Of a DNA stretch of 64,000 nt, positions 10,098 to 17,500 are shown one piece after another. Under the pieces are notes generated by a model. The model did no database searches and was not told the origin of the DNA. It worked only from the letters and a program-made list of their open reading frames with translations. Origin of the DNA: a virus; IMG/VR virus record IMGVR_UViG_3300025853_000041, positions 32,001 through 96,000 of that record; one strand, given 5' to 3'. The position numbers and the translations under genes are program-made. Each line of letters starts with the position of its first letter. Within the stretch, counting starts at the first letter, position 1.

Positions 10098-10105
10098 TAT
10101 CTTTG
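10098..10105 (+). promoter_or_regulatory. Bacteroidota -7 promoter element (TATCTTTG) just upstream of nuclease ATG
   Basis: TAnnTTTG match in a 19-bp intergenic gap, ending 5 nt before the start codon at 10110. Confidence 0.45.
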
Positions 10106-10109
10106 TCAG

Positions 10110-10820
10110 ATGAATGAAAATAAAATCATTGGTTTCTTTAAAGATTTAGAATTTAATGAACCCAACCACATATATAGTGTAAATGGAAACAGGATTAAAA
10201 ATTCTGTTTCCAAACTTATTAAAAGATTTGTCAAGAAAACAGATTTTGACGATATTGCTATAAGTATTGATAATAGAGATAGTCTTCCCAATGGGACTAC
10301 CTCTATGATGTGGAAACTTAACTCTGAGGTGTCCTTATCTATTGGAACTGCAGCTCATTATTTTGGAGAGATGTATCCTTTCAATAAAATATTAAAACCT
10401 TCAAATGGTTATGAAGAGGCAATAGTTAAGTTTTGGAATGATTTACCTGACCATATAGTTCCTGTTGTAATGGAACTAAAGATGTACCATAAAGACTATA
10501 TGTTTGCAGGTACTGGGGATATTCTTCTATATAACACTAAGACAGGGCATTATATTATAGGAGATTACAAAACTAATAAAGACCTCTTTAAGAATTTTAA
10601 AGAGCAAAGGATGTTAAAAATCTTTAAGGATTTATTAGACATGCCTATAAACCACTATCAATTACAACTTTCTTTCTACCAAATATTGTTTGAACAAACA
10701 GGATATACAGTAGAAGGAAGAAAAATTATTTGGTTAAAACCTAATGGAGAATATGAAATGTTTGACGCTCAGGATTATACAAATGAATTAAAAGAATATT
10801 TAAAATCAAATAAGGTATGA
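10110..10820 (+). CDS. PD-(D/E)XK nuclease (Cas4/RecB-like, crAss-type)
   Basis: Motifs F.E..H.Y, GTAAHY, E, AGTGDIL, IGDYKT and HYQLQLSFY. Confidence 0.8.
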   Translation: MNENKIIGFFKDLEFNEPNHIYSVNGNRIKNSVSKLIKRFVKKTDFDDIAISIDNRDSLPNGTTSMMWKLNSEVSLSIGTAAHYFGEMYPFNKILKPSNGYEEAIVKFWNDLPDHIVPVVMELKMYHKDYMFAGTGDILLYNTKTGHYIIGDYKTNKDLFKNFKEQRMLKIFKDLLDMPINHYQLQLSFYQILFEQTGYTVEGRKIIWLKPNGEYEMFDAQDYTNELKEYLKSNKV

Positions 10821-11344
10821 AATTAGAATATTATGTGGAGAAACTCCCACGTTTATTTTGGAGAGTCAAACAATTAGAAGTAGCCACAGGAGGAATAGAA
10901 GAGGGTAGTAAAAAGTTGATTCAATATACAGTAGATAACTACACAGCTTTATTAGCTGTGCCAACTCCTTCTGTAAATGAATTTGCTTTTGTAAAGAATT
11001 CCCAGGGAACTAGTTGGCTTCCAGGGACACTAGGGGGAACATACTATGGTAAAGGGTTATATATATACAGTGGAGCTGATTGGGTAGAAGCTAATATAGA
11101 AATTAACACAGCTTTAGCAGACCTTTATAGAGAACACCAAGTAGAGTTTATTACTTCTGACATAGTATTAGAAGATTCAACAACTTTTGATGGACAAATA
11201 GTTATTAAAAATGTTACAGAAGGTCCTTTAAATGTGAACACAGTAGCTTTAGATAAACTTGAAGGTTTAGACACTCAAATTATATATGGGGGAGAATCTT
11301 TTACAATAAGAAAATATCAAATAAACGATTACAGAATAGTTTAA
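10817..11344 (+). CDS. Putative virion fibre-like protein
   Basis: 175 aa with an ATGA overlap; KGLYIYSGADW and a C-terminal beta-rich tip typical of short fibre modules. Confidence 0.4.
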   Translation: MKLEYYVEKLPRLFWRVKQLEVATGGIEEGSKKLIQYTVDNYTALLAVPTPSVNEFAFVKNSQGTSWLPGTLGGTYYGKGLYIYSGADWVEANIEINTALADLYREHQVEFITSDIVLEDSTTFDGQIVIKNVTEGPLNVNTVALDKLEGLDTQIIYGGESFTIRKYQINDYRIV

Positions 11345-11360
11345 AATAAAATAAGAAATT

Positions 11361-12155
11361 ATGACACTTATAAGAAATACAAACAATTGGATTGAACACG
11401 CTAAAGAGATTATCTTTGCAGAAGATGGTGTTCGTGTTAGTGTAGAGGCAAAGAATAAAGACCTACTTAAATTTGGTAGAAATAGTCTAGTCAACACTTT
11501 AAAATCTACTATAATGACATTACCTGCTGGAATAGACAATGAAATCTTTGTGAATTCTAATTTAATAAATACAATGGTTTCAACCAATCCAGGAGATACC
11601 CAGACAGTAGAGCTTGAAGGGCATACAATAAGTGGTGGTTTATTTACATTTGTAGTTCAAAATGTTACTCTTACAGGTCAAACACCAGTAGCTTTATCAA
11701 CACCTCTTGCAAGAGTATCTAGAATTCGTAACAGACTTTCAGCTACTGATTTACTTGGGACTATTTATGTAACCGAGACTGACACATTTTCAGCAGGTGG
11801 TGTTCCTAATACACCTTCAAAAGTACATATAATGGTGAATGCAGGGTTAAATAATTCAGAAAAAGCAGCCACCACCATATCTAATAACGATTATTGGTTA
11901 GTCACAAAATTTTATGGGGATTGTCTTGAAAAAACAGCTACCTATGGGACTGTACATTTTGAAGTCAGATTACCAGGGGGTGTTTTCTTTAATCTAGTAG
12001 ATATAGCTGCATCAACAAATTTTTCTGGTGTACACTTTTTTGAACCCTATGTTATTATAAAACCAAATTCAGATGTGAGATTAAGAGCATTATCGAGTGC
12101 TGTTGGAAAAGATTTTTCTGGGGGAATTCAAGGGGTTTTATTAACTGCACAATAA
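11361..12155 (+). CDS. Putative virion protein (beta-sandwich)
   Basis: 264-aa Thr/Val/Ser-rich ORF in the tail module with KFGRN and IIKPNSDVRLRA segments. Confidence 0.45.
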   Translation: MTLIRNTNNWIEHAKEIIFAEDGVRVSVEAKNKDLLKFGRNSLVNTLKSTIMTLPAGIDNEIFVNSNLINTMVSTNPGDTQTVELEGHTISGGLFTFVVQNVTLTGQTPVALSTPLARVSRIRNRLSATDLLGTIYVTETDTFSAGGVPNTPSKVHIMVNAGLNNSEKAATTISNNDYWLVTKFYGDCLEKTATYGTVHFEVRLPGGVFFNLVDIAASTNFSGVHFFEPYVIIKPNSDVRLRALSSAVGKDFSGGIQGVLLTAQ

Positions 12156-12179
12156 ATTATGAAAACAAAAAAATAAATT

Positions 12180-12950
12180 ATGATAATAAGAGAAATCATA
12201 CAAAGGGTTCAGTCACTATACTCAAAAGGAGTACAGTCTGATGATAGTAGATTGTCTTCAAGACATGTTTACAATAAACTCTTATCCACAAGGGCTAAGA
12301 TTTTAACACAAAAAATTAATAAGAGACAACCTATAAGTCAATGGGTATATCAAACTTTACCTTGTGTAGAGATGATTTCAGCTCTACCTTCTGAGTGCCC
12401 CTGTTTGCCTCCAGTTGGATGTAAGATTCTTAGAAGTAAATACCCATTACCAGCACCTTTAGTAGGGCATATGAATGGGCATGTCTTACAATCAGTTACA
12501 TCTATTGAAGGTAGTATAATATTTTCTGAGACCAATTGGGAGAAGAAAAAATATGCTGTTGGTAATAAATACACAGCAAAGAAACCTGATTTTTTTATAA
12601 GAAATAATTATCTGTATATTACAACTAAAACAGCTCCTAAAGTTATAGCAGTGACTGGTCTATTTAATGACCCACTTGAAGCAGCTAAGTATCCAAGTAT
12701 TTGTGGTACAACAGATTGTAAAGATACAACTATTATTACAGAAAGTAAGTATGAAGAGCAAACAGGATATAAGCCTGAGGATAATTGTCCTGAGTGTCTT
12801 AGTCCTTTAGATTTAGAGTTGCCTTTAGATAATGAAACAGTAGATACAGTAATAGAGATAGCAGTGATAGAACTTATTGATAGATTTGTCCCTAATGTAG
12901 AGGACACTAGCAATAATAGTACTGACACACCAAAAGAACAAAGTAAATAA
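12180..12950 (+). CDS. Tail ring protein
   Basis: Motifs SDDSRLSSRHVY, YQTLPCVEM, NNYLYI and GLFNDP, as in crAss-like ring proteins. Confidence 0.65.
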   Translation: MIIREIIQRVQSLYSKGVQSDDSRLSSRHVYNKLLSTRAKILTQKINKRQPISQWVYQTLPCVEMISALPSECPCLPPVGCKILRSKYPLPAPLVGHMNGHVLQSVTSIEGSIIFSETNWEKKKYAVGNKYTAKKPDFFIRNNYLYITTKTAPKVIAVTGLFNDPLEAAKYPSICGTTDCKDTTIITESKYEEQTGYKPEDNCPECLSPLDLELPLDNETVDTVIEIAVIELIDRFVPNVEDTSNNSTDTPKEQSK

Positions 12951-13408
12951 TGAAAAATTTAAGAGAAAGTTATAAATTATATAAAACCTTAGTAAACAAT
13001 CCAATAGATATTAAAGACTATTTATTGTTAGCTGCCCAGTATAATTCTTTTTTGATAGAAAAAGTATTAGCTGGTAAAGAAGTTACCCTTCCTTCAAGAA
13101 TGGGTACTTTATCAATTGTAGGCAGAAAACAAAAAATAAGATTTGATGAAGATGGAAAAGTAGTTGGTTTAGCCCCTGATTGGGTAAAAACTAAAGAATT
13201 GTGGTTAAATAATCCACAAGCTAAAAAAGAAAAGAAACTTCTCTACCATACCAATCCACATACAGATAATGTGAGGTATAAGTTTTTATGGTCAAAGAAA
13301 AATGTTGCAGTAGAGAATAAAACTCTATATTCATTAAGATTGACTAGAGATAACAAAAGAGCTGTACATAAAAAAATTATGGAGGGCACTTTATATAAAA
13401 CAGTTTAA
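12950..13408 (+). CDS. IHF/HU-like DNA-binding protein
   Basis: Basic 152-aa protein with EVTLPSRMGTLSI, PDWVKTKELW and N.HT..Y.F.W; conserved position before the tail tubular gene in crAss-like phages. Confidence 0.7.
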   Translation: MKNLRESYKLYKTLVNNPIDIKDYLLLAAQYNSFLIEKVLAGKEVTLPSRMGTLSIVGRKQKIRFDEDGKVVGLAPDWVKTKELWLNNPQAKKEKKLLYHTNPHTDNVRYKFLWSKKNVAVENKTLYSLRLTRDNKRAVHKKIMEGTLYKTV

Positions 13409-13409
13409 A

Positions 13410-13670
13410 ATGGATGGACTAGAAAACAAAGAGGTAACAATTATTGGAAAAGACAATAGTACATTACCAGAAGGAGCAAAGGTAACAAAGAAAAGAGTTG
13501 ATATTACAGTAGAACAGATTGAGAATGGATTTATTCTTAAGAAAAACTATGATATAAGCTATACTTTAGGTGGTAAACAAGATTATTTATACTACTGTAA
13601 AAAAGTTTACAGTGAAGATAACCCTATTGAAATAAAAGAAGATAAAATGCTTGCAGATTATTTCGACTAA
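13410..13670 (+). CDS. Hypothetical protein
   Basis: 86-aa ORF with tight spacing to both neighbours. Confidence 0.6.
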   Translation: MDGLENKEVTIIGKDNSTLPEGAKVTKKRVDITVEQIENGFILKKNYDISYTLGGKQDYLYYCKKVYSEDNPIEIKEDKMLADYFD

Positions 13671-13682
13671 AAATATAAAAAG

Positions 13683-14594
13683 ATGAGTATGTTAAATTAT
13701 GTAACTATTGACAGGATATTTTCCAAACTACACAGGGACTTAAGAGGTACTGAAACAAATGAAACTGATGTTATTGAATGGATTGGGGAAGCTTTAGATT
13801 TCTTAAAAGTACCTCAAGTACTTGAAGAGAGGGTAGCTATTGTTACTGTATCTGATTATCACGCTGAGATACCTGATAATTTACATATGGTTACTCAGAT
13901 AGCAAGAAATAATAGTTGGACAAAATCTTGTGCCTGTGAAGGAGCATGTGCTTGTACAACAGAAGAAACAGTGGTGGAAACTGCTACTCCCTGTGACGAG
14001 GACCCATGTAATACTGTAAATCCAGAAATTACTTTAGATGATTGGTCCTATACAATCTGGACCAGTTCAGAGCTATACCAAAGAAATTATACTCCTGTCA
14101 GGCTTGCCACAGGAAGTTTTTTCAACAATTTAGTATGTAAAGAAAAAGATTTATCTCTATATTTGACCTGTGAGGATGAATATACCATTGTGGGTACTAC
14201 TTGTAAGAGGCTTAGATTTAATTTTATTGAAGGTCAGGTAGCTATTTCTTATTTAAAGAATGTGGCAGATGAAGATACTGGATATCCTTTAATACCTGAG
14301 AACATCTCTTATATAACAGCAATCACTTATTATATCAAGTGGAAGTTAGCTGAATTATTTGAATGGGCAGGCAGAGAAGGTTGGGCAGGTAAGGCAGAAA
14401 AAGCTGAACAAAGATGGCTTAAGTATGCAAGACAAGCAAAGAACCAACAAAAAATGCCAAAGACTTTAGATGAATATCAAAATCTTTTAGAGCAAACACA
14501 CTACTTAATTCCAAATCACAAGAGATATTATGGTTACTTTGGAAACTTAGGTAAAAGCCAAACAAGACAATTTAATAATTTTAATCGAGTATAA
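13683..14594 (+). CDS. Tail tubular protein (P22 gp4-like)
   Basis: DVIEWIGEAL, G.V.ISY and DEDTGYPLIP...AITYYI motifs; lies directly upstream of the stabilisation protein. Confidence 0.7.
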   Translation: MSMLNYVTIDRIFSKLHRDLRGTETNETDVIEWIGEALDFLKVPQVLEERVAIVTVSDYHAEIPDNLHMVTQIARNNSWTKSCACEGACACTTEETVVETATPCDEDPCNTVNPEITLDDWSYTIWTSSELYQRNYTPVRLATGSFFNNLVCKEKDLSLYLTCEDEYTIVGTTCKRLRFNFIEGQVAISYLKNVADEDTGYPLIPENISYITAITYYIKWKLAELFEWAGREGWAGKAEKAEQRWLKYARQAKNQQKMPKTLDEYQNLLEQTHYLIPNHKRYYGYFGNLGKSQTRQFNNFNRV

Positions 14595-17500
14595 TGGCAA
14601 AGAAAATAACAGAAACTGGTATAGGGCTACATTTAGATAGTGCTATCGTAGAAAGACCTAAAGGAACTTATAGATATGCCCTCAATGCAGTTATGGAAAC
14701 TGACCTTGGGGACATTTCTCTTTTATCTAATGAAGAAAGTAATGAGCCCTGTGCCTATTTGCCACAAGGTTACACTCCTCTTGGAAAAGTTTATATTGGT
14801 GATAATAGAACTGCTATATTTTCAAAAAGTGCTGATGGTTTACTTGATGAGATAGGTATATTAGATAATGCTTGTACATATACTACACATGTAAATGGGG
14901 ATTTAGGTTTTAGTATAAACCACCAGATAGATGCTACATACAGATTAAGAAGAGGATGTGAAACTACAATTTACTGGGTAGATGGAAAGAACAATAAACC
15001 TATGTATTATGTATTTGAAAAACCTCAACAATTTAAAGATGGAGCTGGAGATTGGCTTAAAACAAAATTTGAACTTCAAAGAAGTTATAGAAAAGTACCA
15101 AAATTTGAAGATGTAATTTTACAGAATTCAGGTGGTGCTCTTCCTCCAGGGTCTTACAATATTGCAGTACAATATTTAGATGAAAATCTCAATCCTACTG
15201 AGTGGATTGCCACATCAGAGGTAATTATTTGCTATGGGGATGATACCACAGAAGCATATTTAGAAATTGAAGGAGAGATTAATATTGCAGAAGGAGCAGA
15301 TGTAGAAGATTATAGAACTTTTGGAGATACAGATAAGTCTATAAAAGTAGTGATGGATAATTTAGATGAAACTTTTTTATATTATCGATTAGCTTTTATA
15401 GGAGCAAACAATGGTAGTGGTCAAATTAATGAAATCCATTTTACTGAAAAACTGCCAACTCAAAACAATATTTTTATATACACTGGAACAAATTTTGAAA
15501 CAGAGGGTACTCTTGAAGAGATAGCTGAATTCAACAGTATAATTGAATCAGCAGGAAGTATAGAACAAGCAGACAATATATTAATTTTAGGTAACACTCA
15601 AGGAAAACAAATAAACTATTGTAATCTGCAAAGATATGCTTCTCGAATAAATACAGATTTGGTCACTAAAAAAGTGTTCACAAATCAAATGGTTGATGAA
15701 GCTAATCCAAAATACCCAACAGCCAGATTTAATGGTGTAGGGTATCAGCCAGGGGAAATATACTCTTTAGGAGTTGTGTATGTATTTGGAGATGGTACAC
15801 AAACTCCTGTATATCATATTCCTGGAAAAAACCCTACTATTTTAGATTCAGGATTAAACAATGTCTCTCAAGATTTTGTTTTTGCTCCTGGAGAAAATGT
15901 ATATCCTATGTCTCCTGATAATGAGAGTCTTAACAGTGTGTACAGTGATAATGATACTTGTTCAAATTCAGACTATTGGGGTACAGATTCCATAGGAGAT
16001 GCACTAAAATTTTCAAAAGTAAGACACCACAGATTTCCAAAAAGAAGTGAGTTAGGTATTGATTTTGTAAATGTAGAAACTGTTATTGGTGGAGACACAA
16101 CTTTTTACCAAGTCTCTTTAAATATAACTGGAAATTTAGTTACAAACTGGATTTGTGATGAGGCAGGGGTGACTGCTGGAACATGTAGTGTAGTAGGAGA
16201 ACAAGTACCTATGCCAACATTCCAAGCAAGAGTCACTTTTGATGTTGATGGTGTAACTGACTATTTAATTGTAAATATTAATCCTTCAGATTATATTGAG
16301 TCAGGTTTGACTACTGCTATTAATATTACAGAATACTCAGACTATTATACCACACCTTTAATTACTATCACTAACATAGAAGAAAGTTTAGATGATGGCA
16401 CAAGTGCAAGTATTGGAGTAAGTTCAGGAACAGGAGATGCAGAACATGGGCTTCTTAGTTATCAAGCTGCTTCAGGAACTGCTGTCTTTACAGCAGAAAC
16501 AAAAATATATTCAACACAAATTTATGGGTTGAAATTTTCAAACATTGAATTACCACCTACTTCAGTAACAAATGGAGAGAAAATTATTGGTTATTATATT
16601 GTTAGAAATGAGAGAACCGAAGAAGAAAAAACTATTTTAGACACTGCTGTTTTAACTCCTTCTACTATCAACGAAAAATATATTGCTCATGGATTACTAT
16701 ATCCTGAGTTTGGGACACTTGATAGAAAAATCTCAGATAGGGTATTTGGATTAATCTCACCTGAATTTCTTTTTGAAGGTAAGAAATATCCTGAGTTCAC
16801 TAGCTTAAAACAAGAAGGTAGATTCAGTGTTATTGACAGACTAAAAAGTAAATCGAGATATCTTGATATCACTGATGGGAGTAGTTATGATTCTTCAGTA
16901 CATAAAAGTGGTGGAGGTAAAGATAAAGATGGTTGGTCAATAAAAGCCATCACAAGAGATAATATAACAGAATTTGAAAAAGTATATGATGATTTCAACT
17001 TAGTACAAGATGATGTAGAAGATATTTTTTATTTAGATGCTTTACAAAGTCGAGACATTGAAGATGATTCTTTTTCTGTATTTAATATTGCAGGAGACAA
17101 CAAAGTGGGTATTTTACAATTAAAAGAAGACACTAGTGCTGTAATTGATAACACTCTCCCTTATGTATATTTAGAAAGACCAATTGCAGATTCTTATTCT
17201 ACATTTAGGTCACTTCCTTATTATAAGGTTAGTCAAAACCTTCATGAATTTTATTTAGCTGATGGTGAGACATATGACCCAGCTAGTGCTGAAGCCACTT
17301 TATTTAATGGTGATACTTATATTACAGCTTTGAGATATTTGAATACAGTATGGTGGGACAATAGAGTAGCTAAAAGAGCAGGAAGAACTTCTGTTTGGGA
17401 TTACATTATTGGAGCTATTTTACTTGTAATAGGGACTATCTTACTAATATTTGGTGGGTCTGGAGCTCTTGTTATAGGAGCTGGTATCGCAATTATAGGA

